Positions 13,404 through 26,883 are shown, counted from the first letter of the stretch. The stretch is 64,000 nucleotides of DNA from Octopus bimaculoides (GCF_001194135.2 NC_068991.1:30376933-30440932); one strand, 5' to 3'. Numbers and translations are program-made. The notes: generated by a model from the sequence alone, not told the origin.

Positions 13404-13868
13404 TGATGATGATGATGATGATGATGATGATCACTGACATCCGGTCGTGTAGGTTGTATAGCAATGGTAAAAAATCAGGTTTCCTGTTGATGGATACTGC
13501 AGACTGTTGCAGAAGAGGCTGTTTTCCATGGATGTAGAGTAAAGGTCCTCTCAGCACTCCGAGGGAATAAGGAGGGGTCTTTGTCAAGGCTACTTCATGT
13601 GATGTTGGAGAAGTCGTTCCATTAGTCTCGGAGGTACCAGATGAAGGATCAGAGAAGTGGAGTTTTCTTTGCCCCAACATTCGAAGGAGTGCATGTGTTG
13701 CATAAATTTTCCTTTAAAACCATTGGTTGTTTCCCCCGTAGAGTGTATTGTGGTGCCATCGGATAGCACGAGGGTGGCCCTGTAGCCCACAACCTTTAAG
13801 GATCAGGAACAATCTAGTGGGCAGTTCGTGGAATTTCAGCAGTTACAGGTTGGACTGTTGGGTGGAAA

Positions 13869-13932
<64 letters not shown>

Positions 13933-16154
13933 NNNNNNNNNNNNNNNNNNNNNNNNNNNNNNNNNNNNNNNNNNNNNNNNNNNNNNNNNNNNNNNNNNNN
14001 NNNNNNNNNNNNNNNNNNNNNNNNNNNNNNNNNNNNNNNNNNNNNNNNNNNNNNNNNNNNNNNNNNNNNNNNNNNNNNNNNNNNNNNNNNNNNNNNNNNN
14101 NNNNNNNNNNNNNNNNNNNNNNNNNNNNNNNNNNNNNNNNNNNNNNNNNNNNNNNNNNNNNNNNNNNNNNNNNNNNNNNNNNNNNNNNNNNNNNNNNNNN
14201 NNNNNNNNNNNNNNNNNNNNNNNNNNNNNNNNNNNNNNNNNNNNNNNNNNNNNNNNNNNNNNNNNNNNNNNNNNNNNNNNNNNNNNNNNNNNNNNNNNNN
14301 NNNNNNNNNNNNNNNNNNNNNNNNNNNNNNNNNNNNNNNNNNNNNNNNNNNNNNNNNNNNNNNNNNNNNNNNNNNNNNNNNNNNNNNNNNNNNNNNNNNN
14401 NNNNNNNNNNNNNNNNNNNNNNNNNNNNNNNNNNNNNNNNNNNNNNNNNNNNNNNNNNNNNNNNNNNNNNNNNNNNNNNNNNNNNNNNNNNNNNNNNNNN
14501 NNNNNNNNNNNNNNNNNNNNNNNNNNNNNNNNNNNNNNNNNNNNNNNNNNNNNNNNNNNNNNNNNNNNNNNNNNNNNNNNNNNNNNNNNNNNNNNNNNNN
14601 NNNNNNNNNNNNNNNNNNNNNNNNNNNNNNNNNNNNNNNNNNNNNNNNNNNNNNNNNNNNNNNNNNNNNNNNNNNNNNNNNNNNNNNNNNNNNNNNNNNN
14701 NNNNNNNNNNNNNNNNNNNNNNNNNNNNNNNNNNNNNNNNNNNNNNNNNNNNGGTGTATGTCTTGTCGATGGTGGCGGTGCCGGTGTTGATGTTGTGTGG
14801 GAGGTGCTGGTGTCGTTTTAAGGTCGGGCAGCGTTAGTAATTTTGTTGTTGTTGTTGTTGTAGTTGTTGTTGTTGTGGTGGTGGTGGTGGTGGTGGTGGT
14901 GGTGTCGGTAAATGACGGAAAGGGCGGACATTCTAATGATTGATAGAGAACGGCATAACTCAGAAACAACAAGATCTCGTAGTAAGAATGGAACGAAAAG
15001 GAAAGTGAAGAAAAGGGAAATGATGGAGGAGGAGGAGAAGAAGAAGAAGAAGACAGGACGAGAACACGATGATCAACAAGGACAACGAACAGAAACATCG
15101 ATCATCATCATCATCATCATCATCATTACTATTATTATTTTATTATTATTATTATTGTTATTATTATGATATGGTATGGAGAACTGGCAGGAAATATACG
15201 GCATCGTAGCAGATATTTGTCATGNNNNNNNNNNTATATATATGTTATTCTTTGTTTTATCTGTTTATACTGTTATTACCTGAACGTAAAGTGTCTTTTT
15301 ACCTGAAACCGTCCATATGGTATGTTATAACGTGTGTGTGTGTGCGTGTGTCTGCGAGTGCATTTTATGTATGTTTAGGCGCGTCTGCGTGGTGCCAGAT
15401 GTTTACATATTAGTTCAAAAGTATTTGAAGCTCTTCACAGTCGTCTTTTGCAATAAAAATAAGTGTATTCTGGAAATCTATCTCCTTTTTCCTCCCTATA
15501 AATATATATATATATATATTCATATATATATTTATATACACTCTCACATACATAGTTATCGTTGTACACACACACACATGCATGTATACTAAAGCAGTGC
15601 CTGTCAAAAATGACGGGGTGTATTTTTGTCTCCTTTTAGTAACTTGTAATCTTTCTGCCCCAAGTCTTGCTTCTTTGTTCTTCTCTTTCCCATAACCTTA
15701 TTCTCTTCAATAGTAACGTTGCTTTGATATTTCACACAAATCCCCCTTCCCCGCCATCTTAGTTTTCTCTCTCACTTTTTCTTTGTCGTTCTTCTTATTC
15801 TTTGCCATGTCACCTCTCTAAATACTCCCCGTTTTGTATAAAGATCCACCATTTTCCCGATTTCATTGCCTTTATTCCTTACTCGATTTATCTCTTCACC
15901 AAACACACAAACTTTTATTCCTCCACTTATTTCATTTTCTGCTCGGCTGACTATTTAGTAAAACTTTCTTTAGCATTTTCCCACATTTTATGAGTCCCAC
16001 ATTTCAAAACGCTCAAGCAAATTTTCTTTAAAATAATATTTTTAATCCATTTTTTTTTATCAAACATCCACACCCCTCATCGTACCTTTTGAAGCACATG
16101 CCACCAATACATTTTCTTTCTTTTTTGTTATTTTCCGTCGTGTAGTATTCCACA

Positions 16155-16537
16155 GTGAAGGCACAATGGCCCAGTGGTTAGGGCAGCGGACTCGCAGTCA
16201 TAGGATCGCGGTTTCGATTCCCAGGCCAGGCATTGTGAGTGTTTATTGAGCAAAAACACCTAAAGGTCCACGAGGCTCCGGCAGCGGATGGTGGCGAACC
16301 CTGCTGTACTCTTTCACCACAACTTTCTCTCACTCTTACTTCCTGTTTCTGTTGTGCCTGTAATTCAAAGGGTCGGCCTTGTCACACTGTGTCACGCTGA
16401 ATATCCCCGAGAACTACGTTAAGGGTACACGTGTCTGTGGAGTGCTCAGCCACTTGCACGTTAATTTCACGAGCAGGCTGTTCCGTTGATCGGATCAACT
16501 GGAACCCTCGACGTCGTAAGCGACGGAGTGCCAACAC
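16155..16537 (+). mobile_element. tRNA-headed SINE family B (OR1-like by recall), full length
   Basis: GGCACAATGGCCCAGTGGTTAGGGCAGCGGACTCG..GGTTTCGATTCC (A and B boxes); tail ..CGACGGAGTGCCAAC. Flanked by AGTATTCCACA direct repeats. Near-identical to 54048-54426. Confidence 0.9.
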
Positions 16538-16548
16538 AGTATTCCACA

Positions 16549-16636
16549 GTGGAGGCGCAATGGCCCAGTGGTTAGGGCAGCGGACTCGCGGTCATAGGAT
16601 CGCGGTTTCGATTCCCAGACCGGGCGCTGTGAGTAA
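16549..16636 (+). mobile_element. SINE family B, head-only copy
   Basis: GTGGAGGCGCAATGGCCCAGTGG..CCAGACCGGGCGCTGTGAGT, then the homology stops. Confidence 0.85.
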
Positions 16637-17439
16637 GATAGTGTCTATAAATGAGTGTTACAAATTACATATTTCATTTACGATTATCGATTTTCCTAAG
16701 TGAGGTCTGTTTTCAAGAGCTTGTCTATAAATATACCGAGTAAATGTTAACACATTTTTGAATAATTACGATTTAATATACATAATAACACCAGGTGTTA
16801 CCTCAAAATCTGAAGCATTTTATCGCTTGTGAAAAAATAAAAAAAATAAAGAATTAAAAAAGATTAAGGAAATTACGCCGGCTTTGACTTGGAAATCTCC
16901 TACAGTTTTATGCTTAGAAAATAAAAAGGGAAAATGAAAAATAGAACAAATACTTCCTTCTTCAATTGTCCGATGAAGCTTTGAAAATTTTTTGGCAGTA
17001 CCGACTATTCACTGCGGGGTATGTTAGCGTGTGAATGATCTTCCTTGCAAATCTTATACTGCATAATAATAATATATACTGGCTTTGTTAACGTCCCTTA
17101 GTTTTCATTTTAATGACAAAAACTAGCTTTGTCTAACGATCTCTCATTATATTGTTAGCGTAAAATTCCTGCTTGTTTTTTTTTCCGTTCTTGACAATTT
17201 TTGTTTTTGCTTTTAGATGTGGTCTCCGCATTTTACACCTGCACTCCATTTGCTTATGATAAGTACAAACGTACGTACGTACATACATACATACATACAT
17301 ACATACATACATACATAGAACAATACCCTGTTGATGTTATTGAAACTCCAATAAAGGAGCCTTGGATCGAGATTAGAAACTGACTGTTTCTCTATTGGCA
17401 AGAAATCTTGAAATAAAATGACCCGAAAAATTATGAGAT

Positions 17440-17750
17440 CTATCTATCTATCTACTTACCTACCTACCTGTCTGTCCGTCCGTCCATCTATCTATCTATC
17501 TATCTATCTATCTATGTATCCGTCTGTATGTCTGTCTATCTATATATATATATATATATATATATCTACCGACCTACCTACCAACCTGTCTGTCTGTCTG
17601 TCTGTCTATCCGCCCGTCTGTCTATCTATCTGTCCGTCCGTCCGTCCGTCTATCTATCTATCTATCTGTCCATCTATCTATCAATCTATCTATCTGTTTA
17701 TCTATCTACCTATCTGTTTATCTATCTATCTATCTATCCGTCTGTCTGTC
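17440..17750. repeat. Compound tetranucleotide array (CTAT/CTGT/CCGT/CTAC)
   Basis: Direct inspection. Confidence 0.95.
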
Positions 17751-17752
17751 CA

Positions 17753-17798
<46 letters not shown>

Positions 17799-18642
17799 NN
17801 NNNNNNNNNNNNNNNNNNNNNNNNNNNNNNNNNNNNNNNNNNNNNNNNNNNNNNNNNNNNNNNNNNNNNNNNNNNNNNNNNNNNNNNNNNNNNNNNNNNN
17901 NNNNNNNNNNNNNNNNNNNNNNNNNNNNNNNNNNNNNNNNNNNNNNNNNNNNNNNNNNNNNNNNNNNNNNNNNNNNNNNNNNNNNNNNNNNNNNNNNNNN
18001 NNNNNNNNNNNNNNNNNNNNNNNNNNNNNNNNNNNNNNNNNNNNNNNNNNNNNNNNNNNNNNNNNNNNNNNNNNNNNNNNNNNNNNNNNNNNNNNNNNNN
18101 NNNNNNNNNNNNNNNNNNNNNNNNNNNNNNNNNNNNNNNNNNNNNNNNNNNNNNNNNNNNNNNNNNNNNNNNNNNNNNNNNNNNNNNNNNNNNNNNNNNN
18201 NNNNNNNNNNNNNNNNNNNNNNNNNNNNNNNNNNNNNNNNNNNNNNNNNNNNNNNNNNNNNNNNNNNNNNNNNNNNNNNNNNNNNNNNNNNNNNNNNNNN
18301 NNNNNNNNNNNNNNNNNNNNNNNNNNNNNNNNNNNNNNNNNNNNNNNNNNNNNNNNNNNNNNNNNNNNNNNNNNNNNNNNNNNNNNNNNNNNNNNNNNNN
18401 NNNNNNNNNNNNNNNNNNNNNNNNNNNNNNNNNNNNNNNNNNNNNNNNNNNNNNNNNNNNNNNNNNNNNNNNNNNNNNNNNNNNNNNNNNNNNNNNNNNN
18501 NNNNNNNNNNNNNNNNNNNNNNNNNNNNNNNNNNNNNNNNNNNNNNNNNNNNNNNNNNNNNNNNNNNNNNNNNNNNNNNNNNNNNNNNNNNNNNNNNNNN
18601 NNNNNNNNNNNNNNNNNNNNNNNNNNNNNNNNNNNNNNNNNN

Positions 18643-18694
<52 letters not shown>

Positions 18695-19491
18695 GTTTGT
18701 TTTTGTGTAAACATATGTACACGTATATACATATATGCAGATACATATGCAGACACTCGTGCACATGTTTATGTAGATTTATTTACTCACAGACAACGCA
18801 TACATACACATATATACGCACACATACAGAAAGATGCAACACACATATTAACATTAAAATACTGATAAAATATATAAATAAATTCTGAAAATATTTGTTT
18901 ATATATTTTTCTATAAAACCAAGTAAAGAAAGAAAGATTTTACAGTCTTTTTCCAATCGTTTTTTTTTTTTAGTTTTTATTCTTTTCCTTCCTTGGCATG
19001 TATCCCAATAACTCAACACCTTTGAGTTCGTCATTAAAACAGAACTGCCCTCTGTTGATTTAATAAAGCCTCAGAGTTAAAGTTAGAGTATCCTGACACC
19101 GTCTATACTGAATGATCGTCTGCACTTTACATTTATTTATTTCTCATCAGTTTTTTTGTTAACACACATATATATTTATGTGTGTGTATGTGTGTGTGTT
19201 TGTGTGTTTGCGTGTGTGTGTGATTTGGCTTAAACATAGCGAACTCAATATACATATGCTTTAGAAAAAAGTGTTAAAAGTGTACAGAGCATACAGCTTT
19301 GAGTGCGCTATTCCCTGTCGCAGAAACAGCTGTAAAGTAATTGTTACGTAATTGTTGTGCTCTTGTTATTCAATAATCATAGAGAGATAGACAGACAGAC
19401 AGACAGATAAGATAATAAAACGAATGGTTTTATACCTGGTAGCTTACTGCTAAAGCACGATCACTTTCAGTGTTCGTTATGTATTTGATTA

Positions 19492-20031
19492 ACGGAAGAT
19501 GGAAGATACGAGAATTTTTATTAATCACTACAATCGTTTCGACCCGTCTAACATCGATCCTTCACGGGTGGGATACCTGGCAACCGATTCAGGAGCAACC
19601 GGCCAGCGGTGCAGATGTGTCTCTTCGGGTGATAAATAGATATAATTCGTTAAAAATAACAGTTCCGCAACGTATCTTCTAAGTTCGTGTAAAGAAAAGC
19701 AGCAAATTAAATGATACAGCTTAATTTATTAGTAAAATAACATGCAAAAAAGAAACGAACATGCAATATAGCAAGAAAAGTATTAAATATAACCGTTAAC
19801 GGATATGGATGAATAAACGCACTCGCGCGAGGCTAGAGCTAAATTTAATTCCTCCATTATCTTAAGGTGAATTATGTTAATAGCTACTCAAATTCATTCT
19901 CATTGTATTGTACGAAATTGCATTTATATGCATGTAGGCATCTTGAGACTCTTTCCCGTGAGGGATCGATGCTAGATGGGTCGAAACAGTTATAGTGATT
20001 AATAAAATTTCTCGTATCTTCCATCTTCCGT
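19492..20031. repeat. 77-bp inverted repeat pair (foldback, Penelope pLTR-like)
   Basis: 19492-19568 and the reverse complement of 19955-20031 align at roughly 88-90% identity by eye, with a spacer of about 386 bp. Confidence 0.85.
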
Positions 20032-20068
20032 CTTTCGTTAACGAAATATAGATGTGCGTGTTGTGTGC

Positions 20069-20186
<118 letters not shown>

Positions 20187-20288
20187 GCGTGTGTACGTAC
20201 GTCTGTGTCTGTGTGTATGAATGTATGTATGTGCTTGCATATATGTATGTTTGTAGGTAGGTGTGTGTGTGTGTACATATATATGTAT

Positions 20289-20323
<35 letters not shown>

Positions 20324-20914
20324 TGTGTGCGTGTGTAGATTTCAACTAGTAGGTTACCCATCATTAATAATGCAAATCGACTATTTGATTTAGCTAGAAC
20401 TTAAATAGATTTCATTTTCTTTTTGAATTTTTATATTGTTGTTACTCTTTTTTTTTTTGTAAATTTCTGTATAAGTTTTTGCAAACATAATGGTAAAACC
20501 TGATGTTTGCTAGCATTTTTGACATATGCATTTTTCCCTTTGGAAATATGAAAGAAATTAATGCGATTTGTCTAAAATCAGTCCTGACCCAACTCGTGTA
20601 AACGAAACTGTTCTAATAAAATTTCTTTGAAGTCTGATTTACCATTTTGTTTTTTTAATTTTTTAAAAATTTTATTCTAATTTTATTTGGCTATTCTATT
20701 TGTTTACATATTTACATGATAGCTCCACTGTATTTCTAAACAACAGGTATGAGTTCCTTTCTGTAATACGCCGGAATGGGTGGCTGATATTAAATTATTT
20801 ATGTTAGGATTAAATTCCCAGGAAGTTACGACAGATTTATGCGTTCTTACTTTAGAGATAAATGCCAACTAAATGTTGGCAAGATGTATACTTGTAATTT
20901 ATTATTAAATATCG

Positions 20915-21065
20915 ATTTCAAATTTTGGCACTAGGCCAGCAATTTCCGGAGATGGTGTAAGTCGATTACATCGAATACAGCGCTCAACTTGTACTTATTT
21001 TATCGACCCCGAAAGGATGAAAAGCAAAGTATACTTCGACAGAATTTTAACTCAGTACGAGAAGA
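20915..21065 (-). mobile_element. SINE family C
   Basis: tttcaaattttggcactaggccagcaa..gtcgattacatcga..tttatcgaccccgaaaggatgaaaagcaaag. Confidence 0.8.
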
Positions 21066-21414
21066 CGAGTTTCATGCTGTCCTCCTTAGGTCGATAGAAC
21101 ACATATCCTACCGTATGTTCAAAGTTTTCTCCAATTCCAGGTAAAAAGGGAAAAAATTATATTTTCCATGAAGTATTTCTGAAAATAAAAGTATTAATTA
21201 GCTGAGTGCACTTTAACGTGGTACTTCACAGCGAGCCGCAGCAGCAAAAGCAGCAGCATAATGACAATAGAGAGTAGAACAATTTAAGAAGAATATATTC
21301 AGTTGAAACTTAATGTTAGAATTATTTACTGAAATTGTATGTATGTCACTGTCAGCTCTAGTGGCATTTAAAAGTGGAACGTTGAGAATGTGTATTAATT
21401 GCATTGCATCATAT

Positions 21415-22110
21415 AGACTAGTGTTTTACCGTTTAGACAACAGTTCTGTTATTTAGTCCAGTGGTTCCCAAACATCTTTTACCGATAGACCCATTCCATT
21501 ACGATTTTGGTGGATTCCCGTAGCCATTCAATGTTTATAAAGTAGTTTTATAGATGCTTCTTTCAAAATTCTTATTTCGCTTTTTTACCTATTCACCTCT
21601 GTAGTGTGAACTCTGTATAATGCCAGAGAAGGTAACATAGGTGTTTAGATGCAATAAATGCATCTAAAGTAAAAACTTTTCATGAGCCCATAAAATACTA
21701 CTGTGTATCCCCAATTTACTATTTTGCTTGTGTGAACCCCTAATATTATACATACCCACTGGGGCCGTATGAACGCCGATTGAGGACCAGTGATTTAGTC
21801 CTGTGTTTCACTATTTAGTAAGGTATTCTATCATTTAGTCCAGCAATTTATCATTTAGTCCGCTATGTAACTTAAAGAGTTAAATAGCTACTGTACTACC
21901 ATTATATCTAATGCTCTACTATATTATCCAGTGTTCTACCAATTTAGTTCAATATTCTACCATTTATCCCAACTTCTACCGTCCAGCCCTGTATTTTGCT
22001 ATTTTGTCAGCTGCTTTGGCATTTGATTCACAGTTCTGCCATATAAATTGCTCTCCTGCCATTTAGTTCCTGTTGAACCATTTATTACACTGTTCTTACT
22101 TTTAGTAGAT
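21415..22110. repeat. Degenerate minisatellite, unit about 20 bp
   Basis: Recurrent (g)ttctaccatttagtcc(ag) variants: ctatcatttagtccag, ttatcatttagtccg, ttctaccaatttagttc, ttctaccatttatccc, ctgccatttagttcc. Confidence 0.7.
21459..21792. mobile_element. hAT-type non-autonomous element (MITE)
   Basis: Ends CAGTGGTTCCCAAAC and GATTGAGGACCAGTG. Perfect 8-bp TSD ATTTAGTC at 21451-21458 and 21793-21800. Confidence 0.85.
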
Positions 22111-22600
22111 TTAATCTATTTCTCTGCTCTTTCATCTACAATTATGCTTCCTGACTCAATTCTGGAGTATATTACAATATTAAACAATAAACAGATGTAG
22201 TAAAGGGACTTTGTGGAGGTGGCGTTTGTGTTTTGGTGTTACACTGTATAAACTGTGTAGGGTATTACACAGTATATGTAACAGCTCTGTAGTAAATGAG
22301 TTCACTTTGCTGTTACATGGTTTCAGGTTCGATGCCACCACGCTCAGGGATCTAAACAAGAGCAATATGTGAGATTTCCGAGATGGAATACATTGCTACG
22401 TATTACATTTATTCTCTTTACCAATTTCACAATACCTCTTGACATTTGCGTGCATTTTTATAACCGTGACATTCGCACGGTTATAAACGTTCAGAGCAGG
22501 TCTGGTTTCCTGTAACGCATGCGCTGTGGTTCTTCTTCTCTTCCATCTCTCTCGGAGGCCAAACGATGATAAGCACTGCACTTTTCCCTTCACTCTAAAC

Positions 22601-22833
22601 CAGTGGTTCTCAACTGGGGTCTATAGGGCACTTGGAGGTCCATACAAGATTTTGTTGTTAAAATTTATGCTTAATAAACTGGTTATACATTTAGAATACA
22701 CAAAATATTTTAATAATTTCTTTTATAAAAATATAACAGGATTTTTAAAACAACGAATGGTTATGGGGTCCGCCCGAGTAAAATAGAAATTACAGGGGTC
22801 TATAGCTGAAAAAAAAATGGTTGACAACTATTG
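22601..22833. mobile_element. hAT/Charlie-type MITE
   Basis: Ends CAGTGGTTCTCAAC and GGTTGACAACTATTG. Flanks CTCTAAAC and GTTTAAAC (6/8 match, Charlie-like target). Confidence 0.75.
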
Positions 22834-22935
22834 GTTTAAACTATAAAATAAAGCTTAAACGTCAGTTTGTGGTGAACTTAGTTTGGCAAGGGATTCAGTG
22901 AGACCATATTTTATTGGATATTGTGTGTGTGTGCG

Positions 22936-22972
<37 letters not shown>

Positions 22973-24309
22973 NNNNNNNNNNNNNNNNNNNNNNNNNNNN
23001 NNNNNNNNNNNNNNNNNNNNNNNNNNNNNNNNNNNNNNNNNNNNNNNNNNNNNNNNNNNNNNNNNNNNNNNNNNNNNNNNNNNNNNNNNNNNNNNNNNNN
23101 NNNNNNNNNNNNNNNNNNNNNNNNNNNNNNNNNNNNNNNNNNNNNNNNNNNNNNNNNNNNNNNNNNNNNNNNNNNNNNNNNNNNNNNNNNNNNNNNNNNN
23201 NNNNNNNNNNNNNNNNNNNNNNNNNNNNNNNNNNNNNNNNNNNNNNNNNNNNNNNNNNNNNNNNNNNNNNNNNNNNNNNNNNNNNNNNNNNNNNNNNNNN
23301 NNNNNNNNNNNNNNNNNNNNNNNNNNNNNNNNNNNNNNNNNNNNNNNNNNNNNNNNNNNNNNNNNNNNNNNNNNNNNNNNNNNNNNNNNNNNNNNNNNNN
23401 NNNNNNNNNNNNNNNNNNNNNNNNNNNNNGATAAATTAAGTAGCAGTTACATACTGGGGTAGATCTAGTCGACTGGCCCCCTCCCCCTAAATTTCGGGCC
23501 TTGTGCCTACAGTAGAAAAGAATATTGGTGTGTTTCTGTATGCTATAATATCAACTTCTGGGTACATATCTGACTTTGCAATGGAATCCTAAACTTTGTG
23601 GATAACATATCCTTACAAGAAATTACCTTCGGAGATTATAAAGTCAAACATTTTGAAATAACAAAACGGTTTCTGCCGTGGTGTATCTTATTTTAATTTT
23701 TTTTTTATGTTTTTGTTTTTATTCAGACTTTCATTTATTGTAGCACATCGATCTGTTAGAAATATCAGTTAAATGGCTTCCAAAGTATACAATACCACCT
23801 TCACAAATAATGGGCAGTGTTATCCTGGATGTCTACAAATACCTGATGGCTTCGGATGGATTATCTTTGAAACATAGGTCTGTTCAGTCAGAACTGAATT
23901 AAATAAGAAGAACAACAACAATAATTAAAGTTGCTGCTATTTAGCTCGTAGCAAATGTTTACTGTAAAGTATATTGGGTCTTTTGAGAGATAAACACTTT
24001 CAACGTCTTCGTTTGAAATAAATCCACAAGCTGGCTGTAGTCATCATGGCCGTTTGGTTACCAAGTTCAATTTGCAATCATTTGCTTGACTCAAACACCA
24101 CCACCACCACCACCTGGTTCATGGGTGCCTTTAACAGAGTCAATCCCGCTAAAAGAATTCGCGCATTGGTTTGAGGATGTCCCGATAACTTGTCGTGCTA
24201 CTTCCTGCTGCTTCCCTAAGTCGTGGTTTCTATCCTAGCTTCTGTACCTCTTCCAGTCTCGAGCCCCAACAAAGTGCCATGATTGCTAGCTTTCCTTCGC
24301 TGACTAAAC

Positions 24310-24347
<38 letters not shown>

Positions 24348-26883
24348 NNNNNNNNNNNNNNNNNNNNNNNNNNNNNNNNNNNNNNNNNNNNNNNNNNNNN
24401 NNNNNNNNNNNNNNNNNNNNNNNNNNNNNNNNNNNNNNNNNNNNNNNNNNNNNNNNNNNNNNNNNNNNNNNNNNNNNNNNNNNNNNNNNNNNNNNNNNNN
24501 NNNNNNNNNNNNNNNNNNNNNNNNNNNNNNNNNNNNNNNNNNNNNNNNNNNNNNNNNNNNNNNNNNNNNNNNNNNNNNNNNNNNNNNNNNNNNNNNNNNN
24601 NNNNNNNNNNNNNNNNNNNNNNNNNNNNNNNNNNNNNNNNNNNNNNNNNNNNNNNNNNNNNNNNNNNNNNNNNNNNNNNNNNNNNNNNNNNNNNNNNNNN
24701 NNNNNNNNNNNNNNNNNNNNNNNNNNNNNNNNNNNNNNNNNNNNNNNNNNNNNNNNNNNNNNNNNNNNNNNNNNNNNNNNNNNNNNNNNNNNNNNNNNNN
24801 NNNNNNNNNNNNNNNNNNNNNNNNNNNNNNNNNNNNNNNNNNNNNNNNNNNNNNNNNNNNNNNNNNNNNNNNNNNNNNNNNNNNTGATATAAATCTACAG
24901 TGTTAGCAAAGTAAAAAAAGGAAGGGAAAGGAAAATAAACAGCACGTGGTTAAAATCTTTGAAACTGAAGGAAATCACTGAATCGAAAATTGGCGGCTAA
25001 TGAAAAGAGAGAAATGAAGAAGACTTATGTAGAAGCTTAAAGAGGTCAGTCCCCTTGGGAGGAAGGAAAGAACGAATGAATCAGTGGATCGTGAATTTCT
25101 TTCTATCATTTTTTTTCTTCTTTTTCATGATTGGATTATTCTTACAGTTTCTATGTTATGTTTTTCTTCCTGATTCCGCCTCCGTTCACCACATCACAAA
25201 ATATTAGAACCTATCCTTTGCCAATATACATCCGCACCTTCACGTATTCATTTACACCCAAATCTCTATGTTTGTATTTATGTATGTATGTATGTATATA
25301 TGTATGTATGTTTGTTTGTATGTATGTATGTTTGTATGCATGCACGCATGCATATGTGTGCATGACTCTGTGTGTCTGTATATATGAATGTGTGAATGTT
25401 TGTCAGTATGAATGTATGAATATATGTGTGTATATATGAATATGTATTTATGTGTGATTCTTAAATGAAACTGATACGAAACAAACATGATTTAAAGTCG
25501 AAAATTGTTAGTGAGCCACCTGGCAGTCACCTTATGTATATGGCTGTTGTTTGGTATATACATGTGTGTGTGTGTGTGTGAATGTGTGTGAGTGTGTGTG
25601 TACATATACACACACATACATATACATATAAACGTATGCACATATATGTTATCGTCAATATCGTCGGCACTACCGTCGCCACCCAAACCTCTCATAGCTG
25701 GCAAATGTTATTTTTTTGTTTGTTTATTCCCTTCTGTGTTTTGTTTTTTTTTTCCTTTTTTACGTGGACCTTAGTGGCCAGAACTGAACAAAAACAAAAA
25801 ACATCATTATCAATATTACCATTAATAACAAGAAAAGCAACATTAGAAACAAAGTAAACTACAGCAACAATAACAACAAAAATGGGCACCAAAACCACAT
25901 AAACTATTATTTCCACCACCTCCACCTCCACCATCAAAACATCAATAAAAACAATAACAACAATAGCAACTACAATGACAAGAACAATAACAACAAAGAT
26001 GAGAACAACAGTTGATAGTGTTCTTTTTCTAATTATCAGTGAGTAGCAATTTGACATGAACGCCAAGATAGGCTGTTAAACCTAGATAAGCCCCTACTGG
26101 GGCCACATAGAAGATATTTACAGGTGGAACTGTTGTATTTATATTTATTTAATTTTTATTATTTTGGCAAGGAGAGGGGTGGCTTATATTTCCCTATCCC
26201 CCTTTTTACCTTATTCTGAAGGGAGTTACTATTGCTTCGATAAAGTCCCTGTTGATCCATTAAGAGAGAAAAAGATGAGGGACGAAAGTAAAAGAGTGAG
26301 AGATTGAGACAATGAGAAAACAGTGTAGAAGAAGGAAAGAAAAGCAAAGCAAAAGTAAAACTAAATAAATTTGGTGGTATAAAGATAGCTCTTAAAAGGA
26401 GTATAGAAAAGAACTGCTGCCACACCCCTTTCTCTCCTAATTCAGGCAACAAGCTTCAAATGCGAAGCGATGGCGCTGAAAACTGAATCCAGCTTGCATG
26501 CTGTTCTGAAACGTTTGTATCTGCTCGCAGATAGCAATACGTTCGTACATACATAGACAAACACGTCTCCACACATAGACATATTTATACACACGTATAT
26601 ATACATGCGTATGTTTGTGTGTGTGTGTAAATGTGTGTGTGTGTAAATGTGTGTGTGTGTGTGTGTGTGTGTGTTAGATGGTTGACACCTTTCACTGTTT
26701 TACATCCCAGTTAAACGAACCACTAGTTTTTGTTAACGTGCCGAGGCCAAATTAATAACAGCGAGCAGGAAAGAGGTTAGAGTAATGGTCAATTAATAAG
26801 AAAGCCTTATAGGGAACTATGAAATGTCATTGTCTAGACAGAGAGACGGGAAGAGAGAGATTGACAAAAAAATGTGTCAATAT

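Noticed and set aside
16155-16235. tRNA gene-like sequence (also at 16549 and 54048)
   Set aside because: It has A and B boxes but continues into a repeated SINE body, with no convincing acceptor stem or terminator. These are SINE heads, not tRNA genes.
21415-22110. CRISPR-like repeat array
   Set aside because: The units are contiguous and degenerate with no unique spacers, the context is eukaryotic, and there are no cas genes.
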